A DNA stretch of 64,000 nt, taken from positions 7,568 through 71,567 of the forward strand of contig JANRJR010000016.1 of NCBI GenBank assembly GCA_033763845.1, given 5' to 3'. This stretch comes from Gammaproteobacteria bacterium. GTDB lineage: Bacteria > Pseudomonadota > Gammaproteobacteria > DASZBR01. Under the pieces are notes generated by a model, which was given only the letters and a program-made list of their open reading frames with translations, was not told the DNA's origin and searched no databases. The translations under genes were made by a program, and so were the position numbers. Shown here in pieces: positions 28,285 to 40,800 of the stretch; position 1 is the first letter of the stretch; the number at the start of each line of letters is the position of its first letter.

Positions 28285-29199
28285 ATGTTACAACGCTTGA
28301 AACAGAGTCTCAAACGTACGCGTGCCCTCTTCACTCAAAGCTTGGCAACGTTGTTTCTCGGCAAAAAACACATTGACGATGAATTGTTTGAAACATTAGA
28401 AACGTTATTACTCACTTCAGATGTGGGTGTTGAGACAACACAAAACATTATGAAGCATCTCACAACTCAAGTTTCTCGCCGAGAACTGAAAGATCCGACT
28501 GCTTTACTGCAATCCCTTCAAACATTATTAATCGACCTTTTACAACCCTATGATGTTCCACTCACGGTTGATGGAACCTCAAAGCCTTTTGTTATTTTAT
28601 TTATAGGCATTAATGGCGCAGGAAAAACTACAACCATCGGAAAGTTAGCAAAAAAATTACAATCAGAAAATCATAAAGTCATGCTAGCTGCTGGCGATAC
28701 CTTTCGTGCAGCTGCCGTTGAACAACTAAAAGCATGGGGCGAAAAAAATGGGATCTCGGTTGTCGCTCAAGGCTCAGGCTCTGACAGCGCTGCTGTTATT
28801 TTTGATGCACTGCAATCTGCCAACGCTAAAAACATTGATGTTTTACTTGCGGATACCGCAGGTCGGCTACACACTCAAAACCATCTCATCGAAGAACTCA
28901 AAAAAATTAAGCGGGTGATAGGAAAACTAGATCCCACCGCTCCGCATGAAACGCTCCTCATTTTGGATGCCAGCATAGGCCAAAACGGGTTTGCTCAAGC
29001 CAAACAGTTCCACGAAGCACTTGGCGTCACAGGATTGGTCGTAACCAAAATGGATGGCACAGCCAAAGGCGGCATCCTTTTCTCTATAGCCCAGCAACTT
29101 AAACTGCCTATCCGCTTCATCGGCATGGGAGAGGGTATTGACGACCTCCAACCCTTCGACGCCAAGGAGTTTGTCGAGGCTATTTTGGCCAACGATTAA
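28285..29199 (+). CDS. ftsY: signal recognition particle receptor FtsY (NG domain only, short form)
   Basis: 304 aa. GINGAGKTTTIGKLA, DTAGR, TKMDG GTPase motifs. Confidence 0.92.
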   Translation: MLQRLKQSLKRTRALFTQSLATLFLGKKHIDDELFETLETLLLTSDVGVETTQNIMKHLTTQVSRRELKDPTALLQSLQTLLIDLLQPYDVPLTVDGTSKPFVILFIGINGAGKTTTIGKLAKKLQSENHKVMLAAGDTFRAAAVEQLKAWGEKNGISVVAQGSGSDSAAVIFDALQSANAKNIDVLLADTAGRLHTQNHLIEELKKIKRVIGKLDPTAPHETLLILDASIGQNGFAQAKQFHEALGVTGLVVTKMDGTAKGGILFSIAQQLKLPIRFIGMGEGIDDLQPFDAKEFVEAILAND

Positions 29200-29300
29200 A
29201 ATAAAGTTGCCATATGGCCTCCAATATGCTGTATACTGTGGGTAATTGCAGGGATGTGCTCTGCAAGGTTATTACATTTTATTTGAGGTTTATTTTTATT

Positions 29301-29534
29301 ATGGCAACAGGTACAGTCAAGTGGTTCAATGAAGCAAAAGGTTTCGGTTTTATCACCCCAAACGACGGCAGCGAAGATGTATTCGTACATTTTTCCTCTA
29401 TTAAAGGTTCGGGTTTCCGCACCTTGCATGAAGGTCAGCCTGTCACGTTTAGTGCAGAAAGAGGCCCGAAGGGTATGCAGGCGACTGCAGTTGAACCCGC
29501 TGGGAAAGAAAAAGAAGCTTCTGCAGAAGAATAA
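29301..29534 (+). CDS. cspA: cold-shock protein CspA family
   Basis: [20 protein letters not shown] with RNP1/RNP2 motifs. ORF-track 5' extension (29214) rejected. Followed by an intrinsic terminator. Confidence 0.9.
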   Translation: MATGTVKWFNEAKGFGFITPNDGSEDVFVHFSSIKGSGFRTLHEGQPVTFSAERGPKGMQATAVEPAGKEKEASAEE

Positions 29535-29550
29535 TTCTTTTCTTTACACT

Positions 29551-29583
29551 AAAAAAACCCTGCTTTCGAGCGGGGTTTTTTTT
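29551..29583 (+). terminator. rho-independent terminator downstream of cspA
   Basis: A7 - CCCTGCT ttcg AGCGGGG hairpin (one G-U pair) followed by T8. Confidence 0.7.
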
Positions 29584-29610
29584 GGCTATTAGAAGGAGAA
29601 GCGAGTCACG

Positions 29611-30189
29611 ATGATCATTGTCGCTGTTTCTAAAGGCCAATCCCTGGAAAAAATCCACGCCGCTATTGTCTCCGGTCACCGTATGTTCGGCGAAAATTAT
29701 CTTCAAGAAGCTTTACCCAAAATTCAAGCTCTCAAGCATGAAAAGCTAGAATGGCATTTCATCGGAAAAATTCAATCTAACAAAACACGCGACATCGCAG
29801 AGCATTTTGATTGGGTACAAAGCCTGGATGACATAAAAATAGCAGAACGGCTCAATAAACAACGCCCCACATCACTTCCTCCGCTTCAAGTCTGTATCGA
29901 AATCAACAATAGCTGTCTCACTCAAAAACCAGGTATCCCACTGGACAAATTACCTGCATTGATTAAAACACTAAAAACTTTGCCGCACCTACACTGGCGT
30001 GGTTTAATGAGCACCATTACTGAAGAGTATGAATTAGTTGCCCGCACGTTTTTTCAACTGCAACAACAAGGTCATGCCATCGATACTTTATCCATGGGCA
30101 TGTCGAATGATTACAAAAAAGCACTTTCGTTAGGAGCAACAATGATACGACTTGGAACCGCAATTTTTGGAGAAAGACAAGGGAGATGA
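29611..30189 (+). CDS. yggS: PLP-homeostasis protein YggS (alanine racemase-fold)
   Basis: 192 aa. N-terminal VSKGQ...FGENYLQE matches YggS family. Precedes proC as in many proteobacteria. Confidence 0.85.
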   Translation: MIIVAVSKGQSLEKIHAAIVSGHRMFGENYLQEALPKIQALKHEKLEWHFIGKIQSNKTRDIAEHFDWVQSLDDIKIAERLNKQRPTSLPPLQVCIEINNSCLTQKPGIPLDKLPALIKTLKTLPHLHWRGLMSTITEEYELVARTFFQLQQQGHAIDTLSMGMSNDYKKALSLGATMIRLGTAIFGERQGR

Positions 30190-30193
30190 TTTG

Positions 30194-31024
30194 ATGAGCG
30201 ACGCACACCATCCCGTCATTGGATTTATTGGTGCTGGAAACATGGCGCATTGTTTAATTAATGGGCTGATTGCTGATGATTATCCCGCTTCGCATATTTG
30301 GGCAAGCGATCCCAATCCTGAGCAACTCGCGTTTTTAACACAGCAATTTCAGATTCATACCAGCAAAGAAAATACGGACATTGTGACGCACGCAGATATT
30401 TTAGTGCTTGCCATTAAACCGCAAGTCATGAAAGACGTGCTGTCTCCGCTATCTGCATTAATTCACAAAACCAAGCCGTTAATTATTTCGATTGCTGCAG
30501 GCATTACAGAAACCGCATTAAATCAATGGTTAGGGTCAGACAAGGCTATTGTTCGTTGCATGCCAAATGTTGCAGCATTTGTTGGAAGTGCTGCAACAGG
30601 TATGTATGCCAATTCACATGTCACCGCACTTCAACGCGATTTGGCTGAAACCATTTTAAGATCTGTGGGAATAACGTTATGGGTAAAAGACGAAAAATTA
30701 ATTGATACCATTGCTGCACTTTCAGGAAGTGGACCCGCTTACTTTTTCACCGTAATGGAATCGCTGGAAAAAACAGCGATAAAATTAGGCTTAAATGAAG
30801 AAGATGCGCATTTATTAACATTGCAAACTGCATTAGGTGCTGCACGCTTAGCCCTCTCGACAAATGAATCCACAAAAGAATTACGCGAACGCGTCACATC
30901 CAAAGGCGGAATTACTGAAAAAGCACTGGCTGTTTTAGAAACACATCGAACACCAGACGCATTTTCAAAAGCACTTGAAGCGGCACACGCTCGCTCAATA
31001 GAGTTGTCAAAACAATTAATTTAA
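30194..31024 (+). CDS. proC: pyrroline-5-carboxylate reductase
   Basis: GFIGAGNMA Rossmann motif. C-terminal P5CR dimerisation region (KGGITEKAL). Start at MSDAHH after a GGGAG Shine-Dalgarno; ORF track starts 30152. Confidence 0.9.
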   Translation: MSDAHHPVIGFIGAGNMAHCLINGLIADDYPASHIWASDPNPEQLAFLTQQFQIHTSKENTDIVTHADILVLAIKPQVMKDVLSPLSALIHKTKPLIISIAAGITETALNQWLGSDKAIVRCMPNVAAFVGSAATGMYANSHVTALQRDLAETILRSVGITLWVKDEKLIDTIAALSGSGPAYFFTVMESLEKTAIKLGLNEEDAHLLTLQTALGAARLALSTNESTKELRERVTSKGGITEKALAVLETHRTPDAFSKALEAAHARSIELSKQLI

Positions 31025-31046
31025 ATTTTTTGACCGGAGGTGGTCA

Positions 31047-31631
31047 ATGGAAAAAACAGTGTTGCAGCGAATGACTGATTTAATCGCACGTGCTGAAAAT
31101 TCTGACCCATCGACACTTAATCAAAAATTACGCCGTATTTCCGATGACATTATTCATTTTCGCCATACGCTTACTCAAGCAAGCGATAAACTCTCGCACA
31201 CCGTAAAAACAGAGGCCAAAACACTTGAAAACATTTATCAAACCACAAAAACAATTATTAACACACAATGTATCCAACTCAATAAAGCATCGATGACGAC
31301 AGTAAAAAATGTTTCCCAGTTGGTAAGTTCAGTTCGAAAAAATCATTTGGCTAAACTCACCGAGCAAAAATTAGGTGAATTAAAAAAAAGTCGCAACATA
31401 AGTACGCAGCGCATTCGGCAACGGATTTCATCATTACATTGGAAAAATTTTATCACGGTTACGCTTTTAACGCTGATTGTCGCATCTGTTGTCAGTTTAT
31501 ATGTCGACAATGCGTGGCCATGGCAAGCGCACAATGAAATTTTAAAAGAACGCGAAGCCGGTAAAATTCTACTCAGCGTGTGGCCACAATTATCTGCCAA
31601 AGATCAAGCGATCATTGTTCAAAATGCTTAA
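31047..31631 (+). CDS. hypothetical coiled-coil protein with C-terminal TM, paralog A
   Basis: 194 aa. Conserved C-terminal block HWKNFITVTLLTLIVASVVSLYVDNAWPWQAHNEILKEREAGKILLSVWPQLSAKDQA shared with downstream paralog. Confidence 0.5.
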   Translation: MEKTVLQRMTDLIARAENSDPSTLNQKLRRISDDIIHFRHTLTQASDKLSHTVKTEAKTLENIYQTTKTIINTQCIQLNKASMTTVKNVSQLVSSVRKNHLAKLTEQKLGELKKSRNISTQRIRQRISSLHWKNFITVTLLTLIVASVVSLYVDNAWPWQAHNEILKEREAGKILLSVWPQLSAKDQAIIVQNA

Positions 31632-31640
31632 GAGAACTCC

Positions 31641-32267
31641 ATGACAACTGAATTATCCCCCGAAATAGAACAACAACTCTCGGCGTTGATGACATCCTAT
31701 GAAGCAGCGTTAGCCGACTTGAATGCGCGCGAAAAAAACCTGAATGAACACATCGAAAAAATTAATGCATTAATGAATGATTTACATCAACTCATAACAG
31801 AAGCTAATGTATTAAAGCTGGGCGAGCATCAACTTGAAAACTTAAAGAAAATGAACTCAGAAATTCAAAATACTATTTCAGACAGCTGTGCACGGTTCGA
31901 AAAAACATCCATCGCAACCGTAAAAAATGTTAACGAAGCAATCCATGCATTTAAAGTTGATGACTTTAAATATTTCATTGAAGAAAGTTATGACCAAGCC
32001 AGAAATAATTCTGTAAAAACTGTTGAGGAAGTTTCAAAAATTCTACGGGTTTTTCATTGGAAAAATATGGGGCTGGCACTGGGATTAAGTTTAGTGGTAG
32101 CTGTTTTAATTGGTTTATACATGAATGCGGAATGGCCGTGGGAAATTCATCAAACTGTCGTAAAAGAAAGGGCAGCAGGTAAAGCACTCATGAATGCTTG
32201 GCCACATTTAAACAAAGATGACCAAGCATTCCTTCAAGATAAAATATTAAAAATTAGCCAAAAGTAA
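31641..32267 (+). CDS. hypothetical coiled-coil protein with C-terminal TM, paralog B
   Basis: 208 aa. Shares ATVKNV...HWKN..TM..WPW..H....KER.AGK.L...WP.L...DQA with the 31047..31631 product. Confidence 0.5.
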   Translation: MTTELSPEIEQQLSALMTSYEAALADLNAREKNLNEHIEKINALMNDLHQLITEANVLKLGEHQLENLKKMNSEIQNTISDSCARFEKTSIATVKNVNEAIHAFKVDDFKYFIEESYDQARNNSVKTVEEVSKILRVFHWKNMGLALGLSLVVAVLIGLYMNAEWPWEIHQTVVKERAAGKALMNAWPHLNKDDQAFLQDKILKISQK

Positions 32268-33098
32268 TTACGCAATATTATATTTCAAACCAAACATCAA
32301 TGTTTGCGTTACCAATGATCCATTCGATGAATTCACAAAACCATTTGTCACAGTGCTTGTTATTAACATATCACCCGGATAATCAGTGGTTACATCACCC
32401 ATTCCAAATACTTTTACACGACCATAGTCCGTATAAACATAATCGACCGTCACCGCTAATTTTGAATTAATTCTACGCTCCGCACCAAATCCCAATCGAA
32501 TTCCGATGGTATCTCTTGTTTTCGATGTATTAAGCGTATTGTTGGTTGTAATATCATCGGGAATATTATAAAAAGTAAACGTATTTTTGGCATCAATGGT
32601 TTCTCTATTAAAGGCAAGTCCCACTCTTCCGTAAACCAATGTTCTGCTATCGAGCAAATATCCAGGACGAAAATCAACACCAAACCCTATATGGTCCAAG
32701 CTCGCTGTGGTATTTGTCGACAACGTCTGTCTATCATCATCATCGTTAGGTTGCTGGTGATAAGAGGACATAGCAAGCGTGCCTTCGGGATTTGCGAGCT
32801 CCACAAATCCTTCACCGCCCAAATAAAATCTTGAGTTGTTAACAAATTTTCCATAGCCAAAAAATAAATCGCCCGCCAAAGAATTATTCCAAACATTATT
32901 ACTACCGTTTACAGAAAGCTGATTATCACTATCATATTGATTAACGAACGTAGCGGAAGTGTTATTTTCAACTTTAGCCTGCGTCACCATTCCACCCGCA
33001 CGCACACCCGCATAATATCCCGTAAAATCTGATTTTGCAGCAAAAGCAGTAGAACACATCAAAGAACCTGCAAGAACACCGATTACTTTCAACTTCAT
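32268..33098 (-). CDS. outer-membrane beta-barrel protein (OmpA-like TM domain / porin-like)
   Basis: 276 aa. Signal peptide ending AFA. Alternating amphipathic beta-strands rich in G/Y/T/N. C-terminal LKYNIA beta-signal-like ending. Confidence 0.5.
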   Translation of the reverse strand: MKLKVIGVLAGSLMCSTAFAAKSDFTGYYAGVRAGGMVTQAKVENNTSATFVNQYDSDNQLSVNGSNNVWNNSLAGDLFFGYGKFVNNSRFYLGGEGFVELANPEGTLAMSSYHQQPNDDDDRQTLSTNTTASLDHIGFGVDFRPGYLLDSRTLVYGRVGLAFNRETIDAKNTFTFYNIPDDITTNNTLNTSKTRDTIGIRLGFGAERRINSKLAVTVDYVYTDYGRVKVFGMGDVTTDYPGDMLITSTVTNGFVNSSNGSLVTQTLMFGLKYNIA

Positions 33099-33137
33099 CT
33101 GACTTCCTCCTTAAAGTGAAGACGAAGTCTCGCAGTA

Positions 33138-33864
<727 letters not shown>

Positions 33865-33922
33865 AGAGCACTTTCTGTATAAAAATAAGCCCCGATCTTA
33901 AAGTAAGTGACTAGGAAAATCT

Positions 33923-34888
33923 ATGATTTCACCCGATAACCGCACACGAATACAGAGCATTCTAAATGATGCGCTAACTAATGCGATGAAGAACAATTCA
34001 GGTCAATGTGCCACTTATATTCCAGAGCTAGCCAATGTCGATCTCGAAATGACCATGGCTGCCATTACCTTTCGTGATGGTGAGACCCTTACAGCCGGCG
34101 AAAACCAAGATTATCGCTTTACTTTACAGAGTGTGGCTAAACTAATTCTTCTTGCAGGATTATTAGAAGAATATGGCGAAAGCGATGTTTTCTCTTGGGT
34201 GGGATGTGAATCATCTGGCCATGATTTTTCTAACATTGTTCAACTTGAATCTTTTGGACCTAAACCGTCGAATCCGTGTGTAAACGCAGGTGCAATTGCA
34301 TTATGCAATCACATTCCGGGTGATACTGTTGCAAAACAACTAGCGTGGATAGATCAATGGATGGAGCGATTATTTGGCGAACCGCTTCGCATTAATCAAT
34401 CCGTTTTTGAATCAGAACGTACCACAGGTTACCGAAATTTTGCATTAGCGAATTTAATGAAAAGTAATGGCGTGATTACAAAAGACGTCAACGACGTATT
34501 GCGTTTGTATTTTAGCTTATGTTCTTACGAAGCAACCATCATACAAACCTCTCGTTTTTCATCTATGTTGGCGAATGGTGGCGTAAATTTTCAGGGAAAA
34601 CGCGTATTAACCAAACGCAGTGTACGAGGTGTTGTTAGCACAATGGCAACGTGTGGATTATATGACGAATCGGGACGGCATTTATTACGTACGGGGTTAC
34701 CTGCAAAAAGTGGTGTGTCGGGATTAATTATTGCAACTGCGGTTGGATTAGGTGGAATTTCTGTGTTTAATCCGCGATTAAATCCTAAGGGCGGCAGTGT
34801 ACGTGGACACAGTATGCTGGAATATTTATCCGCAAAATTAGGCTGGCATTTCGCAACACCGCGGAAATTAAAGTCGATCAAAACTTAA
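33923..34888 (+). CDS. glsA: glutaminase A
   Basis: 321 aa. Serine-dependent beta-lactamase-fold glutaminase motifs (QSVAKL, NAGAIA). Stop overlaps the convergent giant ORF stop. Confidence 0.85.
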   Translation: MISPDNRTRIQSILNDALTNAMKNNSGQCATYIPELANVDLEMTMAAITFRDGETLTAGENQDYRFTLQSVAKLILLAGLLEEYGESDVFSWVGCESSGHDFSNIVQLESFGPKPSNPCVNAGAIALCNHIPGDTVAKQLAWIDQWMERLFGEPLRINQSVFESERTTGYRNFALANLMKSNGVITKDVNDVLRLYFSLCSYEATIIQTSRFSSMLANGGVNFQGKRVLTKRSVRGVVSTMATCGLYDESGRHLLRTGLPAKSGVSGLIIATAVGLGGISVFNPRLNPKGGSVRGHSMLEYLSAKLGWHFATPRKLKSIKT

Positions 34889-37800
34889 CGCTCACTTCTG
34901 TGACCAAAATCACGGGGACTGCCTGGGTCCACGGCTTTCTTAGCCGTGTCTTCTTTAGCCAGTGTATTTCTGTTTATTTCAGCTTGCATCAACTCTTTAG
35001 CTATTTTTTTCAACTCTGCACTACCTTCATAGGTAATATCACTCGCTTTCTCAGGCTTAAATCTTTCGTAGGTTTCTTTAACCATTTTTTGAACAAGTTC
35101 CCTCATTTGCTGATCATTCAATTTTTCAGTGTCTTTGGGTTGCGTGTAACTCACGCTATCCTTTTTAACCACAATAACATGGTCATCCGATTTTAAGGCT
35201 TCTGTTATTTTTTCTTTACCCGAAATTTTTTCAAAGCGATCATCTGGATTAATTTCGGAGGGCCGGTAGACAAAAGCAGCATCTTGTTTTGGTTTTTCTA
35301 ATTTACTCGTTTCTGTTTCTTCAACGACCATGGAGATACGAACTACTTCGACACTGACAGTTTCAGTTTCCATCGAAACATTGACTCTTACAGCTCTTCG
35401 AGCTCCAAATAGAATATCGCTTCTTGCTTCAGCCACAACCTCATTCTGTTCAACATATCTTTTACGCATGTCATCTAAACGTTTAAACTCCGCATCTAAC
35501 GATTTAACTTCCTCGTTATCTTCGGGCAAATATTCATAAAGTGCATCACGCGCTCTTGAAACATCAGCGGTATAATCATCAACTTCTTTTATCGCTTTGT
35601 TTATATCATCCCATAGTGTATTCAAATCTTCATACGTTTTTGCTGAGTCAATTCTCGCAGCAAAATCCTGTTCCTTGATGGGTGATTTGTTTTGGGCAAT
35701 CACGGCAACAAAAAATTCTGACCTCAATTCATTGATACCCGGAATTGCTTCGGCATACTTTAAAAATGCAGCATATTTTTTCAAGAATTCATTCGGCATT
35801 ACATCTTCGCCAGGAGGAATTTGTGCATTAATATCTTTAACAGCTTTTTCTACTGCAGCAAGATCCACACCTTTCGTCAAATCAATGCCTTTACGTTCCA
35901 ATTGAAATAACATCGCGTCTAGTAATATTTTATTTTCTATACCTGCCAATATTTGTGCATTACTAGAAGCTTCGACACTTCTGACAGCTTGTTTAGTAGG
36001 TAATTTCGGCAACACCCGTTTTCTAGCAGGCGTTTCTCTTTCAAATTCATCCAGCGTTCTCAACAATGAAGCTTCAGCCGCATGCGCTTTTCTTTCTAAT
36101 TCAGCCGCTCTTGTTGCTTCAACCATTGCATCTTCTGCTTTAGGTGCACCTTCACGCATCGCTTCAGCTGTCCTAACAACACTTTCTTCAACGAGTGTAC
36201 GATCACGCTTTAACAATAATTTGAAAAGCTGACGCAATCCCGGCTTAATTTTCCATTTCGAAACCAATGAATCTCTTTTATCCGGGTCATGCCCCCATGG
36301 GTTATTAACGACACTTCCTCGTGCGCCGGGACGGCTTCGGGTATATCCATCCATCCCTGCACCTTCTTCATGAATAACTTGTAGATGATCTTCTACATAT
36401 TTTTCAAATCCGGGAGTTGTTGAAAGCAACGGATCACCGTTATGCTCTTCTTCATATTTTAACGCCAATTTATCATGGTTGAGCGACCAGTTCGTTCTAT
36501 CGTTTGTACTCTTGCAATTTTTTGCGACAATTACACCCGCTAATTCATTTGAACGTGCCATTTGTGTAGCAACGACATAGGAATATCCAGCTTCAATATA
36601 TTTACCTGAATAATACAACCGTTGAGCATCAACGAAATATTGTAGTTGTTTATTGTTTTCAAATTCAGCAGGGATTTCAGGCGCATTTTTTGCCCATTGG
36701 GTTTTCACATCCGCATATAATTTTTCATACTGATCGGCTAATTTCGCTTCAAATTTTCTGATATTTTTGCGTATACCCTCCACGACTTTTTCCTGAACCG
36801 CTGGACCCGAGGTAACCGTAACAAGTCCTTTTAATGCTTCGTATTGTTTTCTTAATTCTTTTTCTAATTCTTTTATTTCGGGCGTTGCTTCACGATAGCA
36901 ATTTTCTTTAAGCCAGGTTCCTAATTCAGGAAATTGTTTTGTTAGTGAGTCATACTGATTCTCAATATATTTCGCAAATCCACGCGCATTAATTAATCGT
37001 TGTTCTTTTTGATTTGCGCGTCCTTTTAGTTTTTTCGGATCTTTTACAGAAATATTAACGTGATTAATATTAACAGTAACTTTTTTACCGTTAACCTCTA
37101 ATGTTTCTCCATTTACCATTTCTAACGCAACATGATGGTCACGCAGCTGTCGTGTCTCACTGGCAAATCCCAAGAAACGACCCAACGTTGCTTTTTCCGT
37201 TGGCGCGTTCATCAATGGCGCTACCAAACTGGTCGATTGAATGGTTACCGTCTGACCATCTTCCACATCCATCAATTTTAATAAATTGGTAATATCATCT
37301 TTTGCATTTTCATAATTTAAACGTCGTCGTTGAATGGCCTGCTCTTTTTTACTTAACTTCAGAACAGAGAAACTTACCGCACGTGAAACCGTGGCTTGAA
37401 CTTTAAGTTGATTATGCTCATCCACATGCCCGATCACTTCTAAAACACTGTTGGGATTTGTTCCTGGATTTTCCGATGCACGAAAGTCACTGGGAAAACT
37501 TATTTTTCCTTTCGGAATATGAACATTGACTAAGCCATCCGCCATCACGTGAATTACGGTGGGTCGACCACGACGCATTAAAAGAAACTTCGATTTATTC
37601 TCAAATTCTTTAATCGCTTTTGACAAAGAAGTATTGGGAGCGACAATACCCAACAATTCTTTTTCCATATTTAGAAACATTTCTTGTGCTTTAACTGTCA
37701 TTCCTTCAAATTCTTTCCCGGCTGCATTACCAATACGTGCGAAATCAGAACCTTCACCACACATTGCAATATATCTTTCTTGAATACTATTTATTCTTCC

Positions 37801-40800
37801 TTGTTGTACCCCTAATGGATCTAGGTGGTATTCCCTTGCAACGTCCGCAAGAAATTTAATGCGTTCTCTTATATCTTCCACATTAATTGCATTACGTTCA
37901 TCTTCACCAAAATAACGAATAATGACCTCTCTAGCAGGCTCACTCGTTCCCTGAAAATCAGCAGAAATGCCCTCCAGTTGATCTCCCCTGAGCACAATCT
38001 TTCCGGTTTGCTCTGCTTGAAAGATATTGTCTGGGTGATGAAGAAGTTTTTGTAATTCGCTAGTCAGTGTTTCATATCGAGAAGGTTCGGGTTGCGCAGG
38101 ACGTTTTGCTCTCACCCAAGTTTGAGTGTTTGGTTGGGCAGCCGGGACATCTCCCTCTTGTAATTCGTTTAGCTCTCGTAATTCATCTTCAGAGATTTCA
38201 ACTCGTTCATATACAGCATCAGCTTTTCTTTTTTCTTTTTGTGCATCGTCACGCATTTGCTTTAATTTATCAGAGAGCTGCTTAACATGTTCATCTACAA
38301 CTTGTTTTTCTGCTATCAACGCCTCACGCTCAAGTGGAGTCGCATCTGTCATCTTTTTTATCGCATTGGCTAGTTCGAGTTGATATCTTATTGCTTTAAC
38401 CAAATTATCATCTATTGTCGCCGGAACATTTTCTGGATTGGTTTCGTAAGAAATATCGCCTTTAACAACAGCGATAATGATCGCTTTTAGCACCTCTGGA
38501 GAATGTTGGACTCCAACTTCATCGATAACAAATTTTTGAAATTCTGCATACTTTTCTAAAAAAGCATCCGGCATTTCAGCGTTTTTACTGATCAGCAAAT
38601 TTGCATTAATAACGAAGCCTTTGTCATAGCTAAAATAATTTAGCTGTTTTTTAACTTCTTCAAGCACTTTATTCAAAGCTTGGTTTTGAATTCCTTTTTT
38701 TTGAGAAACATACTCAACTCTTGCGACTATCAATTTTTTTAATTCTAAACCATAGCTATCTAACATTTGTTTAGGTGTTTTTAACCCAATCACCGCTAAA
38801 TCAACTGTAGCTGAGTCTATTCCCTCAGCCCTTAACGCATTACGAGCTGCCCCAAATCGATCAACAACAGACAACGCTGCTCTTGCTTTCAATAAAGCGC
38901 CAATAAGTTGTATTTTTTTATCAACGCTGCTTTCTGTTTTTCGTAAAAATTCCTCCGCCGCATCACACGCAGGCTTATCTCGAACAATTCCTGCTTGCCC
39001 TCCATGCTCCTGAGAACCAATTGCAAAACTCTTCTTAAGAATATCTCTAAAAGTATAAGCCTCTACTTCACGTTGATATGTTCCAGCTTCTTGTCCTTTT
39101 GATCCATCCGTTTGTTTATAGAAACTTTCATACACAGGATCGGTAGGCTTAAAATAATCTGAAAATATCTGACCAAACTCCTGCGCATCAAGAGAATCAA
39201 TGATTTGATCTAATTCCGCCTCTTCTGCTTTTAAATATGCATTAACTGCGTCAGTAGAAGGAAACATCCCTTGAATCGCTTCAACATTTAACCCCTCCGT
39301 TTGGTAATGTTTTGCCAATACGGTAACAATTCGGGTCATTGTCTCTACAGGATAATAAAGCGGATCGTTGCGCTCTTCTCTTTCTATGTTAGCTTCGTCG
39401 CGTATTTCATCCAACAGACGATTGACTCTAACTAAATCGCGACCTTCTAATACTTCCTTAGTTGCAACTAATTTTTCTAATTCTGATAAAGGAGCATCCA
39501 TACCAAATAATGGTTTTTTACCCTCGGCCTTATTTCTTCCAAATATATTAGCGAAGATTCCTTTCTTAAGCGCTGGCGCTCCCGAAGAAGCAGGCACCAT
39601 ATCATTTGCATCTGCTATCGCGGCTGCACCACCCACGACCTCGTTAATACCCAAAGAATGTAGTTCTTTGTATTGCCTCTCTTCAATCTCAAATGCATCC
39701 GCAACCGTTGCGGAATATTCTTTTAAGAATTTTCTATAGTCTTCGTAGGATGGAGGCTCACCCTGAAATTTTTCGTTTAACTCCTCCACAACTTTATTCA
39801 ATTTATCCAAATCAGTTGAATTAATTAAATTCATCTTTTGGTAACTTAATTTATCTAGTAGCAATCCCCTCAATTCCGCGAACTTAACCTTATCAAAAAC
39901 TTTTTCGATCGCATCACGAGAAAACATTTCTTCCCCTCTTTGCGGTTTGGGTGACTCTGAAACCTTGCCCCAGTTTTCTAAATCTAATCCTGTGAAGCCT
40001 TCAATATCTTCAATATCTTCAATATATTTTGGAGGTCGTATTTCAATGTAGCTTTTCTCATCCAATGTAAACAAATCTGAAGCAATTGCTTTTATTTCTT
40101 TGGGTGCATTTTTAACCATTGCATCATAATTTCCAAAATTTGCCACACCCGAAGCTTTTGCAAGATGCTTTTCAATAAACCCTTTCAGGGCATCCGCTTG
40201 GTCGCGGGTTTTTACTTCCGGAAGCTTATTTTCCTTAGCCAATACTTCAATTTTTTCCAACAGAAATTCTTGTAATTTTTCATTTTTGAATTCCACTGCT
40301 TTCAACGCAACATAGAAATCTCCCTTGCACCATTGCCCCGATTTATTAGTAGCCGATTCGTAAATTGCATCCAATAGTTTGATTTGTTCACCAGTAACTT
40401 CTGGAATCTTTTTTAATCTATCGATTTGGGATGGATTCCATTTTAAATCTTCGATAAAACTGGGGTCTTTAAGCATTTCATCAAGTTGAGCACTGGTAGT
40501 AATTTTTTCAATAACCACGTCTTCAAATTGCTGCTTCAGGCGCGATATAAAACCTAGCTTTTGTTTATCAGTAAATATATCAAGGATACCCGATGTAATT
40601 ATCGCTAAACGTAAATCACGATTTCCAGTATCTGCAAATGCAGGAACATTCTCTTCATTATAGCCCGCCGCCTTATTAACCAGTTCTTCGATATGCTTGT
40701 GGGCGTCATCAAGATTTTTCTTAAGTACTTCTTTCGTTTCTTCTGAAGAAAGAATATCTTTCGCCTTATCAGGATCTAATAATACCTTTAAATAAACCTG

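Noticed and set aside
29214-29300. ORF-track 5' extension of cspA (106-aa version).
   Set aside because: The canonical CspA start [10 protein letters not shown] is at 29301 with an upstream GAGG. The extension has no homology and would be a typical long cspA 5' UTR.
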